Assembly (NCBI RefSeq): GCF_004010195.1
Contig: NC_057718.1
Coordinates: forward strand, 102,284,079 to 102,348,078
Source: Chiloscyllium plagiosum
Taxonomy: Eukaryota
Direction: 5' to 3'
DNA length: 64,000 nucleotides
Below the pieces are notes generated by a model, which did not search any database, had not been told where the DNA came from, and saw only the letters and a program-made list of their open reading frames with translations. Positions within the stretch are counted from its first letter, which is position 1; each line of letters starts with the position of its first letter. A program made the position numbers and the translations under genes. Of the stretch, positions 1 through 12,716 are shown piece after piece.

Positions 1-59
1 TCTGAAAGAGTAATTGAGAGGAATCCTCAAAGGTGTAATTTCCAATCTGTATCTGTAAT

Positions 60-620
60 ATAATGTTGCCAGGAATGGAAGGTTTGAGTTATAAAGATAG
101 GCTGGGACATTTTCACTGGAGTGTAGGAGGTTGAAGGGTGACCGTTTTGAGGTTTTAAAATCATGAGGGGCATGGACAAGCAAGGGTCTTTTCCTTAAGG
201 TGGGGGAGTTCAAAACTAGAAGGCACATTTTAAGGTGAGAGGGGAAAGATTTAAAAAGGATGAGGGGCAACTTTTTACACAGAGGTGGCTCGTGTGTAGA
301 AAGAACTGCTAGAGGAAGGAGTGGATGCAGGTACAGTTACAATGTTTACAAGACATTTGGATAAATTTATGAATAGGCAAGGCTTGAATGGATGAAGCTG
401 AAAATATGTTGCTCATTGAAGGGCTCATGCCCGAAACATCGATTCTCCTGCTCCTTGGATGCTGCCTGACCTGCTGCGCTTTTCCTGCAACACATTTTCA
501 GCTCTGATCTCCAGCATCTGCAGTCCTCACTTTCTCCTTGAATGGATGAAAGCCAAACACAGACAAGTGGGACTAACTTGATTTGGGAACATGGTCAACA
601 TGGACTAGTTGGGCCATGCT
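60..620 (+). mobile_element. CR1 LINE 3' fragment (interrupted at 397-536)
   Basis: atgttgccaggaatgg...ttttacacagaggtgg...atgaatagg; similar to 61080-61530. Confidence 0.85.
397..536 (+). mobile_element. Short hammerhead-family element inserted in a CR1 tail
   Basis: Same family as 18226-18456; TSD cttgaatggatgaa at 383-396 / 537-550; short inverted 5' piece. Confidence 0.8.
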
Positions 621-829
621 GAAAGACTGTGTGCTAGAACATCATAACAGCAGACTGTAGAACATTCTACACTTTACTCTTTTGCTTTTAAGAATAAGCC
701 ATTGGTGAATTTTTTTCAGAAAGCTAATCTCTGCACAGCAGTCTGCTCTCTCCCCCTTCTTTTCCTGAGGAATGTATTTGTTTGTTTGTGTGTCTGAGGG
801 AATACCTAGAGGGCTAAACATTGATGCAT

Positions 830-1580
830 TTTGGGAGGTCAAGTACAGGTGGAAATTATACTGTGAATGTCAGAACCCTTAGGAGTATTGATACTCAGAG
901 GGATCTGGGCGTGCAGGTCCACAGATCACTGAAGGTGACAGTGCTGTAGATAATGTAGTAAAAAAGGCCTATGGCATGCTTACCTTCATTGGAGGGGACA
1001 CTGAATATAAGGATAGACAGGTTATGCTGCAGCTTTATAGAACTTTATGTTAGGCCACATATAACTTGGGTCATCGCACTACCAGAAGGATGTGGTTGCT
1101 GTGGAGATGGTACAGAAAAGGATGACCAGGATGGTGCGTGGTATGGGGGATTTTAGCGATGAAGAAACATTGGATAGACTGAGTTTGTTTTCACTGGAAC
1201 GCAGGAGATTGAGGGGTGACCTGATAGAAGTTAATCAAATTGTGAATGCCATGGAGAGAGTGGGAAGTGTGAAGCTTTTTCCCAGGGTGGAGGGGTCAAT
1301 TACTAGGGGACACCAGTTCAAGGTGTGGGGCAAGTTTAAAAGAGATGTGCGAGGCAAGGTTTTCACGCAAAGGGTGGTGAGTGCCTGGAACTCGCTGCCA
1401 GAGGTAGTGGTGAAAGCAGATACAATAGCAGCATTCAAGAAACACTTGGACACATACATGAATAGGAAGGGAATAGAGGGATACGGATCCTGTAAGTAAA
1501 GGCAGTTTTAGTGTGGAAGGGTAAAATGTATCAGTGCAGGCTTGGAGGGCCGAAGGGCCTGTTCCTGTGCTGTATTGTTC
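830..1580 (+). mobile_element. CR1 LINE 3' fragment
   Basis: ORF 1092-1499: LFSLERRRLRGDLIEV...FTQRVVSAWNSLP (CR1 ORF2 C-terminus). Confidence 0.92.
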
Positions 1581-2766
1581 TTTGTCTTGTTCTTTGTTAC
1601 TTGACTGTATGTTAACCAATTATTGCATCTTTATTCAATAAGCTTAGCATTAACAATAAATAAACAATTTATTAAAAACATGCTTGATAGGTCTTTTTAT
1701 TGTTAAATCCTGATATAGATATTTAATTAGCCGGTTGGTAGCTGGAAGAATAAATTTTATGTTGTGCTGTGATCCATGGATTGGCAGGACTAAAACAACA
1801 GTGCATGCCTCTAGCTTCATTCATTATAAACCCAAAGCTAAACCTGCCACGTTAAATACTGAAATTAGTCGTGGGCCATTACCACTCTGTCCTCATTCAC
1901 AGCATTCCAAATCTGCTTTGAAATTGCAAGTTTCACTAAAATCCAAGCATTATATATTTAATTTTTGGGACTGAAATAGGAATTACATTTTATTCCAATT
2001 GATTCCAGGTAGCTCTTGCCATACAAGAAACAAAGGCAGTCTCTTGGTAAATCTCAAGCTGGTGTTATTTGAAATTGTCATCCTCTAAATATTTGTTAAA
2101 TTATGCCATTGGGATTCTGTGATTGCAGGTAATCAGAGACAATGGAATGAATGGTTCTAGCTGACCTAGCACATGAATCACGAAAGGTTAGTATGCAGAT
2201 ACAGTCAGCAATTAGGATAACTAATAGAGGGTTATTATTCATTGTAAAGGTGACTGAATGCACAAAGGGTTGATCTTTCAGGTAAACAGGGAATTGACAA
2301 AATCATATCTGGAATACAGTACACTCCAGATTGGTTTCCTTATTTAAGGATGGCTGTAAATGTATTGGAAGTAACTCAGGGAACATTCACTGGGCAATTA
2401 CCTGGGGTGGGGTGGTGGTCGGATGAGGAAAGCTTGGACAAGCTGGGCTTGGGGTTAAAAGAGTAAAGGATGAGTTGATTGAGACTCAAAAGATCCCGAG
2501 GGGTCTTGGCAGGAGGCTTGTGCAGAGAATGTCTGCTCCTGTGGGAGAACCTCCAATTAGGGGACACTGTTATTATGTCCAGATTTTTTGAAGGAATTTC
2601 CACCACATGGCCCAACGAGTTTCCTTGCTGCATTTTACCAAACTCAGCTCATTAATAACCTGCCTTAGCCCCTGGTGTGCCTCACCTCCTCTTCCAGACC
2701 TATCCTAACACAGGCCAGTCCAAGAATTCGCAACTCAGCTGGCATTCCAGAATTCCCTGACATTAA

Positions 2767-3100
2767 GGGCGGCACGTTGGCTCAGTGATTAGCACTGCTG
2801 CCTCACAGCGCCTGGTACCTGGGTTCGATTCCAGCCTCAGGCGAGTGTCTGTAAGGAGTTTGCACATTCTCCCCATATCTGCATGCATTTCCTCCGGTTT
2901 CCTTCCACAGTCCAAAGATATGCAGGCTAGGTGAATTGGCCATGCTAAGTTACCCGTAACATGCAGGGATGTGTAGGTTAGGTGCATTAGTCATGGGAAA
3001 ATGTAGACGAATAGTGTAAGAGAATGCATCTGGGTGCGATATCCTTGGGAGGGTTGGTGTGGACTTGGGCCAAATGGCCTGTCCCCACATGGTAGGAATT
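2767..3100 (+). mobile_element. tRNA-derived SINE (HE1/V-SINE-like)
   Basis: A box tggctcagtgatt, B box ggttcgattcc, V-domain ggagtttgcacattctcccc...ccacagtccaaaga, CR1-like tail. Confidence 0.88.
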
Positions 3101-3618
3101 CTATCTCTTGCATTCACACCATCTTTGGACACACCCTGTCAGTCCCAAGCTGCCCTGCACAGTTCCTGGCATTTGCCCTGGGCATGGCAGAAAGGGGGAG
3201 GCCAGACTTTGAGGGCATGATCCAGGATGTCTTGCTGGACAGGGTTTTACAGAACCAGGGCTTTCTCTTCTCCCAGGACCAGCAGTGGAAACCATTACCT
3301 GAGGCAATCCCCAGATTGGTCCGAGGTTGCCAACCAGATCAGTGCAGCCTCTGAAACAGTGCCCAGTAAAGTAGGAAGTAGGTCAATGAGCGTCTCCACT
3401 CTGCCAGGGTAAATGCCACCATCTTCTCTCTGATACCTCACCCTCACTCTTTCTGCGACTGCACCCACCTCCGCCACGCACTTTCACTCTATTACCTGCC
3501 ATGCCTTCCCACCTCGCTGTCACCCATCCCGACCCCTGACACTACTAACCCTGTGTGCTGCCTGCTCACTCACTTGGGATACTTCCTCAACCTGCACCAA
3601 CAGTAACAGCTATGTCAG

Positions 3619-4230
3619 TGTTATGGACTAGGCCAGACCACTCAAAACATTCTTAAGCAGGTACCCCAGACATAACTTTGCTATTTGTTTCAGTACATAT
3701 ACAGTGAAAATTACCCAGAGTAAGATAGCTAAGTTGACTACCAGGTTTTAAAACAGATAAAAATTTATTCACAGAATTACACAATGAAACATAAAGAACA
3801 AAGAACCCCTACAAAACTCAGTCTATCCAAACTAGACTTAATATACACAACAATCCCAATAAGCAACGCCCCTTAAAACACAGATGAAAAAAGAAACAGA
3901 TGCTTACAGGTTGAAGTTAGAAGGGCAGAGAGAGAGTCTGTTCACACAATCCACTGCTGAGCTCCTAACTAGGTCTGGACTGAAATACTCAGCGAGAGAG
4001 CTGACCACTCCCCTTCCATTATACAGGTCACTTCTAAAACATGACCATTTTGACCTGAAGTCTCATCTGTTTACATATAAACAAAAAGGCCTCTCAATAC
4101 CCTTTAATCTCTGCACCGAACTAGTCTAATCGGGGACTGGCCTGTTTACGACCCCTCTGAAAAAAATCAAGGACGCTGAATCCTTGAGAAAGGCAACAGC
4201 TTTTAGAAAAAAGGGATCAGCTTTGTGATA
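3619..4230 (-). repeat. 3' LTR of the Gypsy element
   Basis: tgttatggactaggccagacc...agctttgtgata; adjacent polypurine tract on the minus strand (AAAGGGGGGGGGTGG, ~4235-4249). Confidence 0.9.
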
Positions 4231-7200
4231 CACACCACCCCCCCCTTTAAAAAATTAACCATCAATACCAAAAGATGGCTTTGTTTTTTAAAACTCTTCA
4301 AAAACAAATTGGTTAGTACTCTAATACACACATATACACAACACTGACTATCCACATGCAAACATGTACAACCACATGCGAATTCAGGCCATGGCACACC
4401 CGCTACTGAACGCCTCTGTATCTCATTCGAGTCTTGATAATGCATTGGCAATCACGCTTTCGTGACCTGCTACATGTACAATTGTCAAATGAAAGGTTGC
4501 AACAACAAGTTCCATCTGAACAGTCTGGCATTTCCATCCTTAAATCTTTCCACAAGTGTCAATGGGTTGTGATCAGTATATAGGATTGTCCCAGATGGTA
4601 ATATAAACACTGAAATATTGTAATGCAACACCAAGCTTCAAGTCTCTTTCTCCACCGTCGAATATTTCTGTTGATGAACGTTCAACTTCCTATTCCCTTG
4701 TTATCCTCCTGCAGGAGCACTGCACCGACACCCACATCACTGGCAACAATAGCCACCTTGAAAGGCTTCGTGTAATCAGGTGTGGCTAATACTGGGGCAG
4801 TGGTTAACACAGTGTTTAGGCTGTCAATTGCCTTTTGACAGTCTGCTGTTCACTGAAACTTCTTGTCCTTTTTTAACAATTCGGTGTGTGCAGCAGCCAC
4901 ACTGCTAAAGTTCGGCCCAGGAACCGGAGTAATGCTTCCTTCGTCGACGGTGTGGGAACTTCCCCAATTACTCTCATTTTCTCATCCCGTGGGGTCATTT
5001 GTCCATGTTCAATAACATGGTCCAGGAAGGTGACTTGGGCTTTGGCAAATTCACTTTTAGCCGGGTTTATCACCAAGCCTGCCTTCCAAAGTTGATTGAA
5101 CAAGTCCGATAAATGCTGTAAATGTTCCTTTTCTGAAATGTGGCTGGAGCGCTTTTCATATCAAATGCTTTTCATACTTTGATTTGATATAGTCCATTTG
5201 GTGTTATGAAAGTCAAAATCGCCTTTGCTCTCTCTGACAGAGGTACTTGTCTGTAGCCTCTGAGCAAGTCCAACTTAGAAATGTAAGTTGCTTGTCCCAG
5301 TTTTTTTGACACAGTCCTCCAACCATGGATTTGGTTTTGCACCAGTCTTTGTAATGGTGTTGACTTTGCAATAGTCCACATATAACCGTTTGGTACCATC
5401 TGGCTTTGGCACCATGACTATGGATGATCTCCAATCACTGTAACTCACTTCAATTATGCCATCTTGGAGTATGCGCTCTTTCTCCTTCTGAAACTGTGCC
5501 AACGTTTGATGGTTATGTCTATAAGGATGTTGCTTAATCGGAACAGCATCAACTATATCTACATCATGCACAATTAGGTTAGTATTTTCCAGTTTATTTC
5601 TGCATCTCCCTCCATGTGATAGTAATCATTCTTTCAGATCATTTCGATTTTCTTGTGAAAGGTAACTCAATAATTTATCCCAATTTTTGACAACTTCCTC
5701 ATTGTCCAATTTGATTTGAGGAATGTCCAATTCAGAATCCTCTGAGCTTGGTTCTTCCTTCTGTGCTGTAAGCATTAACACCTTCTCCTCTTGCTTTCCT
5801 TTCCTATCAAAATACCTTTTGAGCATATTCACATGACACACTCAGATTTCTCCCTGTCTGGAGTTCGTATTATGTAGTTCACCTCAATTTCCTCTTGATT
5901 TGATACCATCCACTAAACCTTGTTTTAAAGGCTCACCTGTTACTGGAAGTAACCTTATCCCCAATTGCAAAATTGTGAATTTTTGAACTCTTATCCACGT
6001 CCTGCTTCATTGTGTGCTGTGATACTTTTAAATGCTGTCTAGCCAACTCTCCATCTTTATTTAATCATTCTCTAAAAGTTGACACATAATCCAAATGGGT
6101 AGTCCCTGAATTCTGACTTATCAATTTCTCCTTCATCCACTTTAACAGCCCTCTCACTTCACACCCAAATATTAATTCAAATGGACGCAATCTGGTTGAT
6201 TCATTTGGTGCACCTCTGATTGCAAAAAGCACAGACAGAACTCCCTTATCCCAATCATCTGAATAATCCTGACCATAAGCCCTCAACATGGTCTTTAGTG
6301 TTTGATGCCATCTCTCCAGTGCTCCCTGCAATTCTGGATGGTACTCAGTAGATTTGAATTGCTTTATTCCCAAGTTATCCTTGAATAGTTTGGATGTGAA
6401 GTTTGATCCTTGATCTGACTGTATCTCTATTGCTAGCCTGTATCTAGTAAAAAAAAAAGTAATTCTTATACAACCCTTTTTGCACTGATGTTGCATAATG
6501 GGATTGCATCTGGAAATCTAGTTGACACATCTATTATTGCTAATAAATACTTATTCCCACTTTTTGTTTGAGGTAGGGGACCTCCACAATCAATCAAGAC
6601 TCTTGTGCAAGGTTCCTCAAATGCTGGAATCGGTATTAAAGATGCAGGTTTATTACTGCCTGTGGTTTTCTGATTAGCTGCATTATATGACACATCTGGC
6701 AAAATTCAACTACATCCTTGTGTAATCCAGGCCAGTAAAAATGTCTTTGTATTTTAGCCTGTGTTTTCCTCACTCCTAAATGACCTCCAAGTGGTAGCTC
6801 ATGCACCACTCACAGCACCTCCTCTCTATACCTTAATGGCAAAACAATTTGATGAATCTCTGCCCCTTTCTCATCTGCTTGACTATGTGATGGTCTCCAC
6901 TTCTTCATTGAGATATCATTTGTTAAGAAATGAAACACAGGGATGCAATCACTCTCCTCTTCTGTATATGCCTTTCGATATAACTGTTTTAAGTTCTCAT
7001 CTTTCTGCTATAACTCAATAAGCATAGCAAAGCTAAAGATACTTGCATGTTTACCTGATCTGTCCGACTTACCCAATCAAAAAAAGTCTCAGATAAAGCT
7101 ATGTCAGCTTCTTTAACTGTGCCTCTTGATCTCTCCTGATTCAACTTGCGCTTCTGTGACCTTATGATCACACAATCTGGAGAAATCCCTGGATCAGCAT

Positions 7201-8497
7201 CCTTCATTTCTTCAGTTGCCTGAGTCTCAACTGGCTTTTCAACTAGAGTAGGCAGCACGCCTACCAGTGAATCAGCTATATCATTTGCAAGGTCAAATTG
7301 TATTACTGGAGCTGAGAGTTTGTCTAGCACTCCTACCACAAATTCTCCACTGTTCTGTGGACTCTCTAGCCTCACTTTACATAATTGTTTTTTGTCTCAC
7401 CATGAATTCCTGTTACCAGTAACTTTTCTGGTAATAGTCCCTCAGGAGTGCATATCTCCTCATCCTTCAGCATCTCAGACTGAGAGGATCCTGCATCCCT
7501 TAATATTGTAACCTCTCTACCTGCTACTCCTGGCCTATGTGAATAAATTTTACTCTTGCATGTATATTTTTTAAGCAGATCATCTGATCATCTTGTAAAC
7601 TCTGAGACAATTATGTAACTTCTCTTGTGATTGTTGTTACTAGTTCAACAAAACTTCCAGGCTTATCTGGTTTTTCCTACATCTGGCTTTTTCCTAGCCC
7701 ACCAACAGTGTGATTTCATGTGGCCTACTTTATTACAATGAAAACACCAGAGATTTCTAACTTCTTTGTCCCGCTCAAGGGTTTCTTTTTTACCCTGTGG
7801 TAATTATCCTTATGATCTTCACTGAGAAGTACCTTTCCCTTTATACGTGAGGATTTCTCTTTGCCCCAGTTTCTATCCCTCATGGACTGAAATTGATTCT
7901 GGAAGCCAAAACACGTTTTATGGATCAGCTCATAATCATCAGCCACTTCAGCTGCTAACCTTGCCATTTTAACTCTGTGCTCTTCCACATGAGTTCACAC
8001 TACTTCCTCACTAAGGTTACCTTCAACCTTTATTTCCAGTCTTTTAAGCTAATTTTCCTTTTTAAGTGTCAGTTTCTGAAGTTCAAAAGCTCTTTTTCCT
8101 TCTCATCTGTTGCCCTCTCTTCTGCTTTCAATTGTAATGCCAACATTCATTCCTGCTGCCCTTTCCTTATCTCTCACCTTTAACTCAAGCTGCTTCATTT
8201 GCAATTGAATCCTTGCCATCTCTATAGATTCTGATGGTTTCTCCAGCAGGTTTAAATGCTGACCTACAGCTGTAATTACCTTTCCTTTCCTCACAGAAGC
8301 AGGCAGGTCCAATTCCAGCTTCTCTGCTAATTCCTGCAGCTTGGTCTTATTCACATTTTGCAAAACTTCCAAAGTCACTGCATTCACTTCCAGAAAACTT
8401 GTGGTGACTGAAAGATACATTACTATCCCAAGCTTTGTCTACTCAACCAACCAACACCCAAAATAAAGATGCTAGCACCTACCACATGCTGTTTAAA

Positions 8498-8516
8498 ATC
8501 CGACAAAGAGCCCCCA
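8498..8516 (-). promoter_or_regulatory. Primer-binding site, tRNA-Pro-like (degenerate)
   Basis: Minus strand reads TGGGGGCTC... 3 nt after the LTR; this matches the start of the tRNA-Pro PBS TGGGGGCTCGTCCGGGAT. Confidence 0.7.
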
Positions 8517-8519
8517 ATC

Positions 8520-9119
8520 TATTATGGACTAGGCCAGACCATAACTATGCAATTTGTTTTGGTAAGTGTACAGTGAAAATTACCTGGAGTAAGTTAGCAA
8601 GGTTGACAATCAGATTTTAAAACAGACAAAAAAATTAATCACAAAATTACACAATGAAGCACAAAGAACAGAAATAAAGAACCCCTACAGAACTCAGTCT
8701 ATCCAAACTAGACTTAATTATGCTGTTCCAAACATACACAACAGTCCCAATAAGCAAAACCCTTTAAAACAAACAGTTAAAAAATGGAACCAATGCTTAT
8801 AGGTTGAATTTAGAAGGGCAGAAAGAGAGAGAGCCTGTTCACATAGTCCACTGCTGAGCTCCCAACTAGTTCTGGACTGAAATGCTCAGCTAGAGAGCTG
8901 ACCACTCCCCTTCCATTATACAGGTCACTTCTAAAACTTTGGCCTGAAATCTCATCTGTTTACATACAAACAAAAAGGCCTCTCAATACCCTTTAATTTC
9001 TGTACCAAACTAGTCTAATCGGAGGTCAGCCCATTTATGACCCCTTTGAAAAAAATCAAGGACACAGTATCCTTGAGAAAAGGAACAGCTTTTAGAAAAA
9101 AGGGAGCAGCTTTGTGACA
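8520..9119 (-). repeat. 5' LTR of the Gypsy element
   Basis: tattatggactaggccagacc...agctttgtgaca; direct repeat of 3619-4230; adjacent to the PBS. Confidence 0.9.
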
Positions 9120-10959
9120 CAAGCCACTTTCAGCCTTCTTAATATCCATCTCTCTCATTCCAGAAGGAAAACAGCCCATAATAGTCAAGACTAGTGATGT
9201 GCTGCTCTGTGTACAGTGCCTTATCCTGACTCTGACTACCCTGAGCAGCTGATTGACCGTGTCTAAGCCTGAACTGGTAGTGGACTGGTTAGCCTTGACT
9301 AACTGTGCTGGGATTCCTTGACTGAAGGCTATATCCTCTTGACCTAAAGGCCACTGACAATGACAAGCTCCCTGCCCTTGCATCAGAGCTGAATGGCAAG
9401 GTAAGACAGTAGTATGGTCCTGGTATCTCTGGCTGAGAGGGCAATACTCGAAAAGGCAATGCAATGCAAGGCAGGAAAACCATGCGCATCCAGGACAGTT
9501 CAGATTGAGTGAGCACAACGATAGCAAGTGAAAATCTCGGAGTTCCAGCCTAGTGCAGTCCCTGAGCACACAGTGTCCTTGCTGCAGCATTACAATGAGT
9601 TACAGGGGCAGCCCAAGGTGCAGCATTGAAGGGCAGAAGCGTCCTGTAATTGGATCAGAGATGTGCTATGAGGGTTCAGACAGACTGGTACATGTCAGAT
9701 GCCAGTGTGGACACAGGGTGCATTTGGCCAGTGGACATGGAGATGTGAGATGTTGGTGCCCGGTGTCCAACCTGAAGATTCTTCAGAGCAAGCAGCAAGC
9801 TGAATCCACCCATGCTTGGCTTCTGGCTTCCACGTCGTGTTTTCTCCAGCCAGTTTGGTCAGATAGGGAGCTGAAAGTTAATGAGGCGAGTCAGGCAGTT
9901 ATCAGGGTGTTTATCAAGTAACTATCCCCTTTAATTGGCAGTTTGTCACTGCCTAAGAAGAATCTCATCAAGCCACTTGTCAACATCATGGAAGGTGGAG
10001 TGAGCTATGTTCAATGTGAAGATGAGTGTAGCCAAATTCTCATCTGATTCTGCCTCAAATCTCACCACAGACTACGTTGCTCAGACACCTACAAGATTCT
10101 ATCCCAAGTCTTTGAATATTTCTAAGCTACAGGTGGATAGGTCTTTAATAAGTGATGGGCTAAATGTTATTGGGGCTGGGGGGGGGGGGGGCGGGGGAGG
10201 ACAGGCAGAAATGTGAAGTATTCAGATCCACCATGATCTTATTGAATGGTGGAGCCAGCTCCTCATTTGTATTGTTAACACGTCTTTCCTGTGACTTTCT
10301 GAAACTGCTGCACTGTCAGCCCAAGGACAGAATTGGAAGAGTGATGGCTAACAGAAAGCTGGACTTTTGAAAACAATTCTACCACTAACAATGCAGTCTC
10401 CTTTTTTATGTGAGACACATAAATCAAATTGGCTTTGATTTAATGAGTTTTTCAATTATAATGAAGGGATGATGTATGAAGAATTAAATTAGGGCTCATG
10501 ATGTTGTTTAATGCGTCATTAACTGTGTAGGATTACTACAGTTTAAAGCAACAGGTACAATTATAAGTTGATATATGAACTACAAACTATCAAATCATGG
10601 AGTGATTCACCCATCATGCCTGTGCTGGGTCCTTGAAAGCTATCTGTTTAATCCTACTTCTGCTCTTTCCCCATAACCCTGCAAACTTTTCTGTTCTTTT
10701 CAAGAACCCATCTAATTCTCTTTTGGAAAATACCATTGAACCAACTTGCACTTTCAACTAACTTCTCATAAAAAAATATTTCCCCATCTCCCTTTTGTGC
10801 CTTTTGCCAATATTGTAAATTCCCTTTGGTGCAATTATTTCAAAATCACATTCTGGTACTTGTTGTCTATGTAAGATGTGAACCAAAATCTGGACCCAGT
10901 GCAATCAGCACAATAGAATAATGTGTATAGATCACTTTGGAGGAATGGTACTGATGTTT

Positions 10960-11262
10960 ATGGATAGAATCCCTTCGTGTGAAAATAGACCATTTGGCCC
11001 ATAAAATCCACATCGATCCTCCAAAGACCCTCCCATCCAGATCGCCTGCCCAATCCCACTCCACTCTCTCCTAACCCACCTGCCTGCACATCCCTAAATA
11101 TTATAGGCACGTTAGTATGGCTAATCCACCTAAGCTGCACATCTTTGGACTGTGGGAAGAAACGAGCACCTGGAGGAAACCCACACAGATACAAGGAGAA
11201 CGTGGAAACTCTATACTGGCAATCATCTGAGGCTGCAATTGAACCCAGGTGCCTGGCACTGT
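10960..11262 (-). mobile_element. tRNA-derived SINE (HE1/V-SINE-like), diverged
   Basis: Reverse complement of the same SINE core (ctgcacatctttggactgtggga...attgaacccagg). Confidence 0.8.
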
Positions 11263-12716
11263 CAGATATAAATATTCGTCTGAGTGCTGGCACCTTAGAT
11301 GATAGAGTATGAAAGTCTGGCTTTGAGAGCTAATCAGTCATGTATCACATAATTTGTATAAATATTGTGTAATAGGACAGACCATTTTTAATTTAACAGT
11401 GCTGATCTTAAAGTCTACAAAGCTTTAAAGGTTCATGCCCTATGCCAAAAATATTTGCAAAATGCTTAAAAAGGTATTAAGATGTAATATGAAAGCAATT
11501 CAAGACAAATTACAGAGCATCAAATTGCTAGTTAGACCTCTGTTAACTATCTTTTTTCTATAATACCAGTTGTGATATTCTCACCATTGGGTAATATCTG
11601 CAAATCATTGAAGTGGTGGATTTGAACGTTCAAAACACATTTGGATAAGTACATCAATAGGAAAGGTTTAGAGGGATATGAGCCAGGAGCAGGCAGGTGG
11701 GACTTGTTTAGTTTGGGATTATGTTCGGAGTGGCTGGTTAGACCGAAGGATCTGGTTCCATGCTGTATGATTCTATCTACATGATTGATAGTGAAATCCT
11801 TTTGTTCCCGATCCGCATGGAGAGCTGGAGCTTTCTTCATTCTACCAATATTGACTTCAGGGTAATTTATTTGAGGTCTCTAGAACAATGGAAGAACTCA
11901 ACTTTATCCAGTGCAGGCATAACATTTCAGCCCTTAAATACAATACTGGAGAGACATAGACATCTCTGACTGAACCAGCATTTATTACCCATTCCTCGGT
12001 GCCTTTGGAGAAGGTGGTGGTGAGCTGCCTTCTTTACCATTGCAGTCCTGGAGTGCAGTGACAACCACAATCTTGTTAGGGAAAGTAGTAACAGGATTTT
12101 AACCCAGTGACAGTGAAAGAACAGCAACATATTTCCAAGTTAGGATGGTGAGTGGCTTGGAGGGGCGCAGGTTGTGATGTTCCCATGTACCTGCTGCCCT
12201 TGTCCTTGCAGATGGTAGGAATCACAGGTGTAAAAAGGAGGAAACGTTTACATTCAGATGAAGCAGAGCAAGAAATTAGAAAGGCAAAGAGTAGGTTAAC
12301 TTTGCTACAAAGGGCTTGAAGCAATCATACAAGCTATTAGTGAGGCCACACCCAGAGTTGCATGTTGTTTTGGTCTCCTTAATAAAATGCATTCTTGCCT
12401 TGGAGAGGGAATGTACTAGTTCCTGGGATGAGAGGATGATCTCACAAGATAAATTTGAGTTAATGATGTCTATATTTTCTGTAGAGGTAATCCAAATGAA
12501 ACAAAATATTTAAAGGAGTTTGAAAGGGGAGACGCTGAAAGAAACATTTTCCTCCTGGCTGAGGAATCTACAATACAGGGTCACGGTCTCAAGTCAACTG
12601 TTTAGGAAGAGACCTTTCTTTGTTCAAATGGTTGTGAAGACATGGAATTCTCTAGCCCAGAGAGTTGTGAATGCCCAGTCAGACAGTATATGCAAAGCAT
12701 CAACAGTGTTAATGGG

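Larger units (their letters stand above)
3619..9119 (-). mobile_element. Degenerate two-LTR Gypsy retrotransposon, Gmr1-like domain order (gag-PR-IN-RT-RH)
   Basis: Two ~600-bp direct LTRs. Frameshifted gag with a CCHC knuckle (~7700-8420), protease region (~7000-7500), integrase (IQSDQGSNFTS, YHPELQGALERWHQTLK; ~5800-6900), RT (PIKQHPYR, VDYCKVN, SKLDLLRGY; ~4870-5570) and RNase H (~4400-4800). Confidence 0.93.
2577..10105 (+). mobile_element. Probable PIF/Harbinger-type DNA transposon remnant (Myb/SANT-like ORF), interrupted by a SINE and the Gypsy element
   Basis: 3186-3410 encodes a frameshifted Myb/SANT-like segment (DVLLDRV...FLFS...DWSEVANQISAAS) ending at a gtaa donor. GC-richer sequence resumes after 9119. 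Ends are approximate. Confidence 0.45.

Noticed and set aside
2767..2840. tRNA-like A and B boxes
   Set aside because: SINE head; no complete cloverleaf, and it continues into the SINE body.
9015..9921. ORFs of 191 and 122 aa
   Set aside because: No recognisable domain; they overlap an LTR and probable transposon remnant, so they are likely chance ORFs.
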